Part shown: one piece after another, positions 29,600-39,863 of the stretch
Numbering within the stretch: the first letter of the stretch is position 1
Layout of the letters: the number at the start of each line of letters is the position of its first letter
From: Alphaproteobacteria bacterium
Lineage (GTDB): Bacteria; Pseudomonadota; Alphaproteobacteria; Bin95
Reading direction: 5' to 3'
DNA: 64,000 nt
NCBI GenBank assembly: GCA_965205265.1
Contig: CBDBGH010000003.1
Coordinates: forward strand, 4,352,001 to 4,416,000
Notes under the pieces: generated by a model
What the model saw: the letters and a program-made list of their open reading frames with translations, nothing else
Databases searched by the model: none
What the model was told of the DNA's origin: nothing
Position numbers and translations under genes: made by a program

Positions 29600-30175
29600 C
29601 TGCCGACCCTGTTCGTCGTCGCCGGTCCCAACGGCGCCGGCAAATCCACGCTGACGAAATCCGCCCGCTTCCGGCATGCGCGGATTCTGGACCCGGACGC
29701 GGTTGCCCGCGAACTCTCGCCGAACGATCCCGCTTCGGCCGCGGTGGCGGCTGGACGGCTGACAGCGCAGAAACGCCGCGCAGCCATCGCCGCCGGCGAA
29801 ACCCTCGTGCAGGAAACCACCCTCTCCGGCAGGGATACGCTGCGGCTGATGCGAAGCGCCCGGGAAGCGGGCTACCGCGTCGAGTTGCACTATGTCCGCC
29901 TTCAATCCGCGGAAGCCAGTCTGCGCCGCATTCGTTGCCGCGTCCGGGCTGGCGGCCATGACGTGCCGGAGGCGGATGTGCGCCGGCGTTTCGCGCGCTC
30001 GCTGGCGAACCTGCCCGACGCCATGGCATTGGCGGACGAAACCCGCTTCTACAGCAACGACGACATTGCGAACCCGTGCCGCGAAGTCGCCGTCTTTCCG
30101 GATGGGCCGCCGCCGCGCTGGGTGGCCGAGGCCTGCCTGGCCGTCCTGCTCCCGCCGGAAGCGGAAGACGGTTGA
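29600..30175 (+). CDS. Zeta-toxin-like P-loop kinase, probable CTG start
   Basis: VVAGPNGAGKST, LDPD, QETTLSG, RVRAGGHDVPE..RRFARS; in-frame TGA at 29552 and no ATG/GTG/TTG before the P-loop. Confidence 0.85.
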   Translation: MPTLFVVAGPNGAGKSTLTKSARFRHARILDPDAVARELSPNDPASAAVAAGRLTAQKRRAAIAAGETLVQETTLSGRDTLRLMRSAREAGYRVELHYVRLQSAEASLRRIRCRVRAGGHDVPEADVRRRFARSLANLPDAMALADETRFYSNDDIANPCREVAVFPDGPPPRWVAEACLAVLLPPEAEDG

Positions 30176-30233
30176 AACCGCGCAGCGCGCGGCGAATAAT
30201 CGGGCGAGTCCGGCCGCGACGGAGCCAATTGAA

Positions 30234-31097
30234 ATGCAGACGCTGACCCCCGAACAACGCCGCAACTGGGACATCGACGGTTATCTGCTGGTGGAGGGCG
30301 CGCTCCCGCCCGACCGGATCGCCTTCTTCTCGGACAAGATCGACGAAATCCGCAAGCGTCCCGGCTACGAGCCGCTGTCCGGCATGCTGCCGCGCGGCCA
30401 TTACGGCTGGGTCGAGCAATGCGCCGACCAGAACCCGGAAGCCTTCATGGACCGGCGCGACCTGCTCTCCTACGACCAGGCCTTCATCGACCTCATCGAC
30501 CATGCGCCCGTGTTCGACCTGATCGTGGACATCATGGGGCCCAACCTCGCCTTCAGCATGTCGCAGGCGATCGTGCGCGCTTCCGGCGACGGGTTTGAGG
30601 GCTTCACCCACACCGATGGCGGCGAGGGCCAGCGCGAGGTGCGGGTGACCGAAACGAGCCGGCCCATCGCGGTCAAGGCGCTCTACCTGCTCACCGACGT
30701 GGAAGGCCGCGACGCCGGCAATTTCACGGTGTATCCCGGCAGCCACATGCGCCCCTTCCCCTGGGACCGCCAGCCGCCATTGTCCCCGCAATCGCCGGGC
30801 GCGGTGCATCTGGAGGGCAAGGCGGGCGACTGCTTCATCTTCTCCCACGCCCTCTGGCACGGACCGGCGCCGAACCGCTCGGGCCGGGCGCGCAAGACCC
30901 TGCTCTACAACTATTCGCAGATGTTCATGCGCGCCTATGACTATAACGGCGCGCACGCGCTCACCCAGCGGGCGACGCCGCGCCAGCGCCGCCTGATGGG
31001 CGATCTCGGCTACGACTTCCGGCCCGGCTCCTATTTCTACGTGCCGGACGACCAGACGGAGGTCATCATGGGGGGAGCCGGGGCCGCCGCCGAATAA
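30234..31097 (+). CDS. Phytanoyl-CoA dioxygenase (PhyH) family
   Basis: DGYLLVEGAL, HTD, VYPGSH, GDCFIF..LWH..N..R. Confidence 0.9.
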   Translation: MQTLTPEQRRNWDIDGYLLVEGALPPDRIAFFSDKIDEIRKRPGYEPLSGMLPRGHYGWVEQCADQNPEAFMDRRDLLSYDQAFIDLIDHAPVFDLIVDIMGPNLAFSMSQAIVRASGDGFEGFTHTDGGEGQREVRVTETSRPIAVKALYLLTDVEGRDAGNFTVYPGSHMRPFPWDRQPPLSPQSPGAVHLEGKAGDCFIFSHALWHGPAPNRSGRARKTLLYNYSQMFMRAYDYNGAHALTQRATPRQRRLMGDLGYDFRPGSYFYVPDDQTEVIMGGAGAAAE

Positions 31098-31118
31098 GGC
31101 AAGGGCGGCCGGAAAGGC

Positions 31119-32570
31119 TCAGAAGGCGGTGAAATACTCCGCCTGCTCCCATTCCGAGACGGTTGCGAGGTAGCGGTCCCATTCGGCGCGCTTGAGCCGC
31201 GCCAGATAGGACACGAAACTCTCCCCGAGCGCGGCGCGATACATCCCGGACGCCTCGAAATGCTCGATGGCGGCCAGCAGGCTTGCGGGCAGGCGCTCGG
31301 CGTCCTCGTCGTCATAGGGCCGGGAAAGCGGCGGCGGCGCGGCGCGGCGGTTCTCCAGCCCGTCCAGTCCGGAGAGAATCTGGAAGGCGAGCGCGAAATA
31401 CGGGTTGGCAGTGCTGTCGGGCACGCGGTTTTCCACCCGGCTTGCCGGGTCTCCCGGAGCGAGGAGCGTACGCAGCATGGCGCCGCGATTGTCCTCCGCC
31501 CAGCCGATGCGGTCGGGCGCGAGCAGATAGGCCGTGTAGCGCTTGTAGCCGTTCACCGTCGGCGTCGTCGCGATGCAGGAGGCCGCGGCATGGCGCAGCA
31601 GCCCTGCGATCCAGCCGTCCGCTTCGGGCGTCAGCGCGCCGTCCGCGCCGGGCGTGAAGAGGTTCCGCCCGTTCGCATCCGCGAGCGACTGGTGGATGTG
31701 CCAACCGTTGCTCGCCGCGTTCGCCAGCCTCGGTCGCGCCATGAACGAGGCCAGCAGCCCCTCGCGGTGGCAGACCTCCTTGGCCATCGTGCGGAAATTG
31801 ACTGCCATGTCGGCAATCGTCATCGGGTCGGCAGCGGCGAAGGTGAACTCGAATTGGCTCGGCCCCATTTCGATCTCGACGCTGCGCACAGGCATGCCCA
31901 TCGCCTGCGCAGCACGGCGGAGTTTGTCCAGAATCGCTTCGTTCTCGCCGTAACGGGTCTCCGTCAGATACTGGTAGCCTTGGTTGAGCGCGCGCGTTGC
32001 GGGCGGGCGGCCCGGCATGGCGGTGTCGGCGTGGTCGAGCGCGGGATCGGTGACTTCGAAGACCTGGAACTCCACTTCCAGACCCATGACCGCCCGCATG
32101 TTCCGTTCGGACAGCCGGTCGCAAGCCGCCTGCAGCACCTGGCGGGAGGCGAAGGAAACGGGCTCCCCCGAAGTCGTCGCCACGTCGCAATGGATCAGCG
32201 CGGAATGCGACGACCAGGGCAGCCGGCGGAATGTGTCCGGCAAGGGCGCAAGCAGCAGGTCGCTCGCTCCGAGCATCGGCGCGCCGCCCGCATCCGACCA
32301 GACGGGAAACACGGTCCGGTGCGAGACGTCCTTGAGCAACAGCGTGCTCGGGACGCGAATGCCGGAGGCGAAGGCGTCCGTCAGCGCCTCGGCGGTAATC
32401 GTTTTGCCGCGCAATATGCCGTGCGGGTCGGCAAGCACCGTGCGAACGGTCTCGATCCCCTCCGCTTCGACCAGGGCAACGACCTCCGCCGCGCGGGCGA
32501 TATCGTCGGCGGAATACGCCCCGGAGCCTGCGAGCGCGCCCGCCCTTATCCTGTCTTCAACGGGGCTCAT
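31119..32570 (-). CDS. Glutamine-synthetase-like gamma-glutamyl ligase
   Basis: DPHGILRGK, GLEVEF, EMGPSQFE, NGWHIHQSL, NGYKR, DNR, RVENR. Confidence 0.9.
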   Translation of the reverse strand: MSPVEDRIRAGALAGSGAYSADDIARAAEVVALVEAEGIETVRTVLADPHGILRGKTITAEALTDAFASGIRVPSTLLLKDVSHRTVFPVWSDAGGAPMLGASDLLLAPLPDTFRRLPWSSHSALIHCDVATTSGEPVSFASRQVLQAACDRLSERNMRAVMGLEVEFQVFEVTDPALDHADTAMPGRPPATRALNQGYQYLTETRYGENEAILDKLRRAAQAMGMPVRSVEIEMGPSQFEFTFAAADPMTIADMAVNFRTMAKEVCHREGLLASFMARPRLANAASNGWHIHQSLADANGRNLFTPGADGALTPEADGWIAGLLRHAAASCIATTPTVNGYKRYTAYLLAPDRIGWAEDNRGAMLRTLLAPGDPASRVENRVPDSTANPYFALAFQILSGLDGLENRRAAPPPLSRPYDDEDAERLPASLLAAIEHFEASGMYRAALGESFVSYLARLKRAEWDRYLATVSEWEQAEYFTAF

Positions 32571-32576
32571 GCCCGC

Positions 32577-33893
32577 CTACAGGGACGCATCCCAGGGGCA
32601 CGCGGCGCGGCGTTCCCGGTCGGTGCGCATGCTGGCGGCCTCCCAGTCCGCCGTGTCCGCAATGGCGTCGTTGGACAGGGGCCCGGCGATCCGGGCCGCG
32701 TCGCGGTTCAGCATCGGCAAGGCGGCCCCGTCGCCCGCGGCCAGGCTCTCCATCGCCGCCTGCAGCAGCCTGCGGTAACGGACGATGCCTATGTCGGTGC
32801 TGCCCAGATGCTCTTCGGTGCGGTCCTGAATCGGGCCCATGCCCTCGACGGCCCACTGGTCGTGCACATTGATGTCGAACCCCATGCCGGTCCAGGTCCG
32901 GGTCGCCTGCTCCTCCGGATCGTATCCGTAATCGTTGCGCCGGTTCTTCAGCGGCGCGTAGGCGGGCAGGCTGTGCTCCTTCAGCCTTTGCGCGCGCATC
33001 GTGTCCTTGTCCACGGGTTTGTCGAAGCTGGTGAACAGCGAATACCAGTAGCAGGTCTCGTCATCGACCGGCACATGCCACTGGGTGATCGTCATTTCGC
33101 GGCTCATCGGGATGCAGATCGCGCCGGGAAAGATCTGGTTGGTGACGCGCACATGGGTCAGGCCGTTTTCCATATGCCGGAGCGTGGTCAGCCTGAGGCC
33201 GAAATCGGTTTCCTCCACCCTGATCTCGGGGCGCGGATAGTCCCGCAGCAGCCGGGTCATGGGGATGTTGGAGCCGGCGGCAGCGCTGTCCCGGAACTGC
33301 CTGCCATAGCCGTCCTTCGGGTCCTCGTCTTCCAGGAAGCGGTGCAGGAAGGAGGCATGGGCGGGGTCGATGCCGATTTCCAGCGCCTGCAGCCAGTTGC
33401 ATTCCCAGAGGCCCTTGAAGGCGAAGACATGGCTGCCGGGCGCCCGGAAACAGTCGAAATTGGGGAAGGCCGGCGGCTCCCCCGGGCCCAGATAGGCAAA
33501 GACGACGCCGTTCTTTTCGACGACCGGGTAGGAGGTCGTCCGAAGCCGTTCGCGCATCCGGGAGCCCTCGGGCTCGCCCGGCTGCTCCAGGCACCGGCCG
33601 TCGCGGCCGTACAGCCAGCCGTGGAACGGGCAGCGCAGGCCGTTGTCCTCCCGGCGGCCGAAGCAGAGGTCCGCGCCCCGGTGCAGGCAGTGCCGGCCGA
33701 TCAGGCCGAGCCCGCCTTCGTCGTCGCGAAACAGCACGAGCCGCTCGCCCAGAAGCGTCACCGGCGCCACCGGGCGCCCGCCGTCCAACTCCTCCGCCAG
33801 CGCCGCCGGCTGCCAGTAGCGGCGAAGCACTTCGCCGGCGGGTGTGCCCTTGCCCGTGCGGGTGATCCGTTCGTTCAGTTCCCGGCCGATCAT
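32577..33893 (-). CDS. Rieske oxygenase alpha subunit (phthalate 4,5-dioxygenase-like)
   Basis: CLHRG..CPFHGW, NWLQALE..DPAHASFLH, HDQWAVE. Confidence 0.92.
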   Translation of the reverse strand: MIGRELNERITRTGKGTPAGEVLRRYWQPAALAEELDGGRPVAPVTLLGERLVLFRDDEGGLGLIGRHCLHRGADLCFGRREDNGLRCPFHGWLYGRDGRCLEQPGEPEGSRMRERLRTTSYPVVEKNGVVFAYLGPGEPPAFPNFDCFRAPGSHVFAFKGLWECNWLQALEIGIDPAHASFLHRFLEDEDPKDGYGRQFRDSAAAGSNIPMTRLLRDYPRPEIRVEETDFGLRLTTLRHMENGLTHVRVTNQIFPGAICIPMSREMTITQWHVPVDDETCYWYSLFTSFDKPVDKDTMRAQRLKEHSLPAYAPLKNRRNDYGYDPEEQATRTWTGMGFDINVHDQWAVEGMGPIQDRTEEHLGSTDIGIVRYRRLLQAAMESLAAGDGAALPMLNRDAARIAGPLSNDAIADTADWEAASMRTDRERRAACPWDASL

Positions 33894-33916
33894 GGGTTCC
33901 GCTCCTGCAATTCGGG

Positions 33917-35152
33917 CTACCCGGCCTGACGGACCGCGGGCGGCGCCAGGCATGCCTTGAGCGGCGTGCTCGAATCCGCCGCGGCAGACCTGTCGAACCG
34001 GCCGGGCGCGCCGACCATCCGGCGCGAGGCCATGTGGTCGGCGACCGCATTGACGGAATAGACGGCGACCAGACGTTCGCCCAGCGTCTCGATCAGGCTG
34101 AAGCTGCCGCTTTCGACATCGCCGCGGACCGTGATTTCGCTTCCGGCAAGCGACAGGCCCGTCATCTGGAGCTTCATGTCGAACTGGTCGCTCCAGAACC
34201 ACGGCACAGGATCGTAGGCCGCGCCTGCGCCCGCGATCTGCCCGGCCGCCGCCTTGCCCTGATCGACGGCGTTCTGCACCGATTCGAGCCGCACCCGGCG
34301 GCCCGCCGCCGGCAGATGGAAGGCCGTGCAGTCGCCGATGGCGTACACATGCGGAAGCGAGGTCCGCAACGCTGCGTCCACAAGCAGTCCGCCGAGTTCG
34401 GTCGCGGCGCCCGCCTCTGCGCCCAGGCCTGTCTCAGGCCGGTTGCCGACGCCCACCAGAACGAGGTCGGCCGCCAGGGTTGCGCCGTTCGAAAGCGCGA
34501 CCGAGGCGATCCGGCCGGCATGGGCGGCGACCCTGTCGATTTGCGCGCCGAGGTGGATGCTCACGCCCCCGGCCCTGTGCCGGTCCGCGATGTAGTCCGA
34601 CAGGAAGGCGGGCGCCGCGCGCTTCAGCAGCCGCTCCTCGGCCTCGACGACATCGACCGAAAGCCCGAGCTTGCGCGCCGTGGCGGCCACCTCCAGCCCG
34701 ATGAACCCGCCGCCGACGACAACGAGCCTCGCGCCGGGCGCAAGCGCATCCTGCAGCGCAAGCGCGTCCCGCATGCTCCGGAGATGGAAGACATTGGCGT
34801 AGCGGAAATTCTCGAGCATCCGCGCGCCGGCTCCGGTGGCGAGCACGGCCTTGTCGTAGGCGAGGGTCCCGTCTTCCAGGCGCACGGTTTTCGATGCCGG
34901 GTCGAGCGCCAGGGCGCGGGTCCCGGGAAGGAGCTCGATGCCGTTGCGCTCGAAGAAGTCCGGCCCCCGGAGCGCGATCTGCTCCGGCCGCTTCTCGCCC
35001 GCCAGCATCGCCTTGGAGAGCGGCGGCCGGTGATAGGGCGGACAGTCCTCTTCCCCGACCAGCCGAATCGGCTCCCCGTAGCCCGCCTGGCGCAGCGAGA
35101 CGGCGGCCTGAACGCCGGCATGGCCTGCGCCGACGATGACGGTGCCGGACAT
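33917..35152 (-). CDS. FAD-dependent ferredoxin reductase
   Basis: GAGHAG, PYHRPPLSK, GGGFIGLE, AIGD, PWFWSDQ. Confidence 0.93.
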   Translation of the reverse strand: MSGTVIVGAGHAGVQAAVSLRQAGYGEPIRLVGEEDCPPYHRPPLSKAMLAGEKRPEQIALRGPDFFERNGIELLPGTRALALDPASKTVRLEDGTLAYDKAVLATGAGARMLENFRYANVFHLRSMRDALALQDALAPGARLVVVGGGFIGLEVAATARKLGLSVDVVEAEERLLKRAAPAFLSDYIADRHRAGGVSIHLGAQIDRVAAHAGRIASVALSNGATLAADLVLVGVGNRPETGLGAEAGAATELGGLLVDAALRTSLPHVYAIGDCTAFHLPAAGRRVRLESVQNAVDQGKAAAGQIAGAGAAYDPVPWFWSDQFDMKLQMTGLSLAGSEITVRGDVESGSFSLIETLGERLVAVYSVNAVADHMASRRMVGAPGRFDRSAAADSSTPLKACLAPPAVRQAG

Positions 35153-35475
35153 CAGACCTGCACGCCCGGCAGGTCGAAGACCGCTCCTTCCATGGACGGC
35201 TCCAGCTCGATCTGGCAGGAAAGCCGGCTGTTCGGGCGCCGTTCGTCCGCCGTGAAGTCCAGCATGTCCCGTTCGTATTCGTCGGTCGCCTCCCCGACCA
35301 TCTCAGGCGCGTACACATGGCAGGTCGCGCAGGCGCAAGCCCCGCCGCATTCGGCCTCGATGCCCGGCACGTCGTTGCGGATGGCGGTTTCCATCACGGT
35401 GGCGCCGCGAAGACCGCTCACCCGGAACGTCTCTCCCTCGGCAGTCCTGAAGGCGATATTGATTTCATCGGTCAT
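35152..35475 (-). CDS. 2Fe-2S ferredoxin (putidaredoxin type)
   Basis: CGGACACATCH..SRLSCQ. Confidence 0.93.
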   Translation of the reverse strand: MTDEINIAFRTAEGETFRVSGLRGATVMETAIRNDVPGIEAECGGACACATCHVYAPEMVGEATDEYERDMLDFTADERRPNSRLSCQIELEPSMEGAVFDLPGVQV

Positions 35476-35506
35476 GCGGTCGATGCCCCTGCCGGCCGAA
35501 GCGGTC

Positions 35507-36346
35507 TCAACCCTCGAAGGCGATGAAGGTCCTGAGTTCGATGCTCTCGCGCGGCGGGGCGGCGGGGTCCTGGTCCGGCAGAGCGAAGGCGCCGTGGGGC
35601 GTGTAGCGCGCGCGGCCGTCGTCCAGGCTGTCCCAGCCCTTGATGAGCAGCACCTCGTCGCGCTCCATATGCGGCGCCCAGTACCAGCGATGCGCGGGCG
35701 AAAAGGCGAGCTGGTAGATTTCGCCCACCCGGTCGGGAAAGACCTGGTCGGTGGCCAGCAGGTCCTCTTTCGGGATGCTGCCGGTATCGGCCAGCGCCAG
35801 CGGCGAGCGCGCGACCGGCCCCCGGATCGGCCGCCAGACATTGATCTGCACGATCCGCCCGCCCGAGCCCAGCACGCGGTCCACGGTCTCGCCGCCCAGC
35901 ACGTCGCGGGCGCGCTTCGGCCCCGAGTCGTCCGTATAGTCCACATGCACCCGGCCCGCCGGCATGCGCATGCCGTCCGGATTGGACGCGCTCGTGCCCG
36001 CATCCGAGCGCCGCGTGCGGTCGAACACGGTGGCGATGTCCGCTCCGGTCAGGCCTTTCAGCAGGTCCTCGACCTCCCGGTCATAGGCTTCGGCGCCTGC
36101 TCCGTCGTCGTAGAGGTCGTCCACCGCCGTCTCGTGCCGGCGCAGCTCGAATCCCGTCGCATCCAGCGACAGCCGATCCCGCTCGGCGCGCATGTCGTGG
36201 ATGACGACCGGGCGGTTCTCGGTCCTGAAATGGATCCGGGGCACTCCGCCCGTGATCTGCGAACTCTCGAACCAGGGCTTGGCGTCCTGGCGGACCGTGA
36301 AGGTGAGGTCCGCAACGATTTGGCTCGCATTGTGGGCATCCGGCAT
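35507..36346 (-). CDS. CmcJ/NvfI-family oxidoreductase
   Basis: HVDYT, INVWRPIRGPV..PLALAD, TPHGAF, PRESIELR. Confidence 0.85.
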   Translation of the reverse strand: MPDAHNASQIVADLTFTVRQDAKPWFESSQITGGVPRIHFRTENRPVVIHDMRAERDRLSLDATGFELRRHETAVDDLYDDGAGAEAYDREVEDLLKGLTGADIATVFDRTRRSDAGTSASNPDGMRMPAGRVHVDYTDDSGPKRARDVLGGETVDRVLGSGGRIVQINVWRPIRGPVARSPLALADTGSIPKEDLLATDQVFPDRVGEIYQLAFSPAHRWYWAPHMERDEVLLIKGWDSLDDGRARYTPHGAFALPDQDPAAPPRESIELRTFIAFEG

Positions 36347-36460
36347 GGCGGCACCGAAGCTCCTTTACGTCTTTCGCTCGGGGGGCGACATTCGGGTTTT
36401 ACAGGTGGACCGAAACCGGCGGGCGGTCAAGGGCGCGGGCCGGAAGGAGAGGGGATTTCC

Positions 36461-37189
36461 ATGCGACTCGAAGGCAAGACGGTTCTGGTGACGGCCGCGG
36501 GACAGGGCATCGGGCGGGCGATCGCCGTTGCGGCGGCGGCCGAGGGCGCGCGCGCAATCGCAACGGACATTGCGACCGAAAAGCTCGCCGGTTTGGGCAC
36601 GGGCATCGAGACGCACCGCCTCGACGTGACCGACGGCGCGGCCGTGGCGGCATTCGCCGGGCGGACCGGGCCTGTGGATGCGCTCTGCAACGTCGCGGGC
36701 TTCGTCCACCACGGCACGATCCTGGAGGCGACGGAGGCGGAGCTGGATTCCGCCTTCGACCTCAATGTGAAGTCGATGTTCCGCACCATCCGGGCCTTCC
36801 TGCCCGGCATGACCGAGAGGGGCCAAGGCTCCATCGTCAACATGGCCTCGGTCGCCTCCAACCTGAAGGGCGTGCCCTTCCGCGCGGTCTATTCCACCAC
36901 AAAGGCGGCGGTGATCGGGCTGACGCGGGCGGTGGCGGCGGACGCCATCTCGACCGGTGTGCGCTGCAACGCGATTGCGCCCGGCACGGTGCAGTCGCCG
37001 TCGCTGGACGAGCGCATCGCCGCCTTCGACGACCCCGTGCAGGCGCGCCGGGACTTCATCGCCCGCCAGCCGCTCGGCCGCCTCGGCACGCCGGAGGAGA
37101 TCGCCGCGCTGGCCGTCCACCTCGCCGCCGATGAAAGCGCCTACACCACCGGCGCCGTCTTCATCGCCGATGGCGGGATCACGCTGTAG
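36461..37189 (+). CDS. SDR oxidoreductase (BDH2-like)
   Basis: TAAGQGIG, YSTTK, CNAIAPGTV.SPSL. Confidence 0.92.
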   Translation: MRLEGKTVLVTAAGQGIGRAIAVAAAAEGARAIATDIATEKLAGLGTGIETHRLDVTDGAAVAAFAGRTGPVDALCNVAGFVHHGTILEATEAELDSAFDLNVKSMFRTIRAFLPGMTERGQGSIVNMASVASNLKGVPFRAVYSTTKAAVIGLTRAVAADAISTGVRCNAIAPGTVQSPSLDERIAAFDDPVQARRDFIARQPLGRLGTPEEIAALAVHLAADESAYTTGAVFIADGGITL

Positions 37190-37284
37190 GACGGTGCGCC
37201 GGCAGCCTGCCCCGGATCGGAGTCCGGTAGCCGCGCCCTCCTCGAAGCCGACGGCGGGGGTGTTCGAGCAGCGCCGAAGCGCGG

Positions 37285-38958
37285 TCAGAACAGGCCGACC
37301 ACCTCGCCGCCTTCGTCGAGGCCGATGGCCTCCGCCGCCGGCACGCGCGGCAGGCCGGGCATGGTCATGATGTCGCCGCAGACCGCGACCACGAACTCCG
37401 CCCCGGCCGCGAGCCGCACCTCGCGCACCGGGATGGTGTAGCCCTCGGGCGCGCCCCGAAGCACCGGGTCGGAGGAGAAGCTGTATTGCGTCTTCGCCAT
37501 GCAGACCGGCACATGGCCGAACCCGCCGGCCTCGAAGCGCGCGAGCTGGTCCTTCACCCGCGCCGGCGCCTCGGCCCCGTCGGCCCGGTAGATTTCGCGC
37601 GCTACGGCCTCGATCTTCTCCCAGAGCGGCAGGCCGTCCGGATAGACCGGCGCGAACTCCGCATCGCCGCTGTCCGCCAGCGCAGCGACCGCCCGGGCCA
37701 GGCTCTCCGTGCCGCCGCCGCCCTCGGCCCAGTGGGTGCAGACATGCGCGGAGGCGCCGCGCTCGTCGGCAAGGCGCCGGACCGCTGCGATCTCCGCATC
37801 CGTATCCGCGGTGAAGCGGTTGATCGCCACCACCGCCGGCACGCCGAATTTGGCGATATTGTCGAGATGGCGGCCGAGATTGGCGAAGCCCCGCTCGACC
37901 GCGGCGACATCCTCCTCGCCCAGTGCACCCCGTTCGATGCCGCCATGCATCTTGAGCGCGCGCACCGTTGCCACCACCACAACCGCGTCGGGCGCAAGCC
38001 CCGCCTTGCGGCACTTGATGTCGAAGAACTTCTCGGCGCCGAGATCGGCCCCGAAGCCCGCTTCCGTCACCACATAATCGGCGAGCTTGAGCGCGGCCCG
38101 TGTCGCGACCACGCTGTTGCAGCCATGCGCGATATTGGCGAACGGGCCGCCATGGACGAAGGCCGGATTGCCTTCCAGCGTCTGCACGAGGTTCGGCTGC
38201 AGCGCGTCCTTCAGCAGCACCGTCATCGCGCCGTCGGCCTTGAGGTCGCTGGCCGTGACCGGCGACTGGTCGCGCCGCCCGCCGACGTGGATCTGGCCGA
38301 GCCGGCGCTGCAGGTCCGCGCGGTCCGAGGCGAGGCAGAGGATCGCCATGATCTCCGAGGCCACCGTGATGTCGTAGCCCGTCTGGCGCGGGAAGCCGTT
38401 GGCGACGCCGCCGAGCGAGACCGCGATGTCGCGCAGCGCCCGGTCGTTCATGTCCACCACGCGCCGCCAGGTTACCCGGCGGGCGTCCAGCTCCAGCCCG
38501 TTGCCCCAGTAGATGTGGTTGTCCGCCATGGCGGAGAGCAGGTTGTGCGCGGCGCCGATGGCGTGCATGTCGCCGGTGAAATGGAGGTTGATGTCCTCCA
38601 TCGGCACGACCTGGGCGTAGCCGCCGCCGGCAGCGCCGCCCTTCATGCCGAAACAGGGGCCGAGCGAGGGTTCGCGCAGGCAGATCGCCGTGTTCCGGCC
38701 GATGCGGTTCAGCCCGTCGCCGAGGCCGACCGTGGTGGTCGTCTTGCCTTCGCCCGCGGGCGTCGGCGTCATGGCGGTCACCAGGACGAGCTTGCCGTCG
38801 GGCCGGTCCGCCAGGCCGTCGATGAAAGCGGCGCTCACCTTGGCCTTGTCGCTGCCGTAAGCCACCAGCGCGCTCTCGGGGATTCCGAGCCGCTCGCCGA
38901 TTTCGCCGATCGGCCGCAAAACCGTTTCGCGGGCAATTTCGATATCGCTCTTGGCCAT
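37285..38958 (-). CDS. fhs: Formate--tetrahydrofolate ligase
   Basis: [50 protein letters not shown]. Confidence 0.97.
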   Translation of the reverse strand: MAKSDIEIARETVLRPIGEIGERLGIPESALVAYGSDKAKVSAAFIDGLADRPDGKLVLVTAMTPTPAGEGKTTTTVGLGDGLNRIGRNTAICLREPSLGPCFGMKGGAAGGGYAQVVPMEDINLHFTGDMHAIGAAHNLLSAMADNHIYWGNGLELDARRVTWRRVVDMNDRALRDIAVSLGGVANGFPRQTGYDITVASEIMAILCLASDRADLQRRLGQIHVGGRRDQSPVTASDLKADGAMTVLLKDALQPNLVQTLEGNPAFVHGGPFANIAHGCNSVVATRAALKLADYVVTEAGFGADLGAEKFFDIKCRKAGLAPDAVVVVATVRALKMHGGIERGALGEEDVAAVERGFANLGRHLDNIAKFGVPAVVAINRFTADTDAEIAAVRRLADERGASAHVCTHWAEGGGGTESLARAVAALADSGDAEFAPVYPDGLPLWEKIEAVAREIYRADGAEAPARVKDQLARFEAGGFGHVPVCMAKTQYSFSSDPVLRGAPEGYTIPVREVRLAAGAEFVVAVCGDIMTMPGLPRVPAAEAIGLDEGGEVVGLF

Positions 38959-39065
38959 GGGGGGCGCCCTCTCCTCGCCGGACGGAAGGGGCGCAGAATG
39001 ACAAGCCGGCGCGCCCGGCGCAAACGGCTAATGCGCGCGGCCGGGAGACCCTGCTGCGGCCGGAG

Positions 39066-39863
39066 TCAGCCCGATCTCCGCCGGAGCGCGCCGAGGGAAC
39101 AGGAGACGGCGAAAAACGCCACGGCCAGGGTCACGATGGTGGGGCCGGTCGGCGTGTCCCAGCGCCAGGACGCGGCAAGGCCGGCGAACACGGAGGCGAC
39201 GGCGATGAGCGTGGCGCCGGCCGCCATGCGCTCCGGCGTGCTGGAAAACGACCGGGCGGCTGCAGCCGGAACGATCAGCATGGCGGTGATGAGCAACACG
39301 CCGACCACCTTGATCGAAACGGCGACAAGCACGGCAATCGCGATTGTGATGACAAGCTGCTCACGTCCCGGATCGATGCTGCCGCCGCGCGCGAGTTCGG
39401 GGCTGAGCGTTGCCGTCAGAAGCGCCGACCAGCGCCAGACGACCAGGCCCAGCACCACCGCCGCCCCGCCCCAGATCACCGCGAGGTCCCCGCGCGTCAC
39501 GGCCAGGATTTCGCCGAACAGATAGGCCTCCACGTCTATGGAGCGCGGGGATACGACCGCGACCGCCACGAGGCCGACGGCGAGGCTGCCATGCGAGGCG
39601 ACGCCCAGCAGCGTGTCCATGGGGAGGCCGCGACCGGAGAAGGTCGAAACGGCGACCGCCATCGCCACCGCGGCGGCGAGCACGCCAATGACGGTGGACA
39701 TCGAAAAGGCGAGCGAAATGGCGACGCCCAGGATCGCGGCATGGGCGGTCGCGTCGCCGAAATAGGCGATGCGCCGCCAGACGACGAAGCAGCCGAGAGG
39801 GCCCGCCGCCAGCGCCACACCGATACCGGCAAGACAGGCGCGGGTCAGGAAGTCGTCGAGCAC
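39066..39863 (-). CDS. znuB: Zinc ABC permease
   Basis: GCFVVWRR..FGDA.AH, YLFGEIL; operon context. Confidence 0.92.
   Translation of the reverse strand: MLDDFLTRACLAGIGVALAAGPLGCFVVWRRIAYFGDATAHAAILGVAISLAFSMSTVIGVLAAAVAMAVAVSTFSGRGLPMDTLLGVASHGSLAVGLVAVAVVSPRSIDVEAYLFGEILAVTRGDLAVIWGGAAVVLGLVVWRWSALLTATLSPELARGGSIDPGREQLVITIAIAVLVAVSIKVVGVLLITAMLIVPAAAARSFSSTPERMAAGATLIAVASVFAGLAASWRWDTPTGPTIVTLAVAFFAVSCSLGALRRRSG

Noticed and set aside
34034-37189. 1051-aa ORF ending in an SDR domain, an apparent fusion
   Set aside because: The real SDR starts at 36461 with its own RBS; the rest is antisense to other genes
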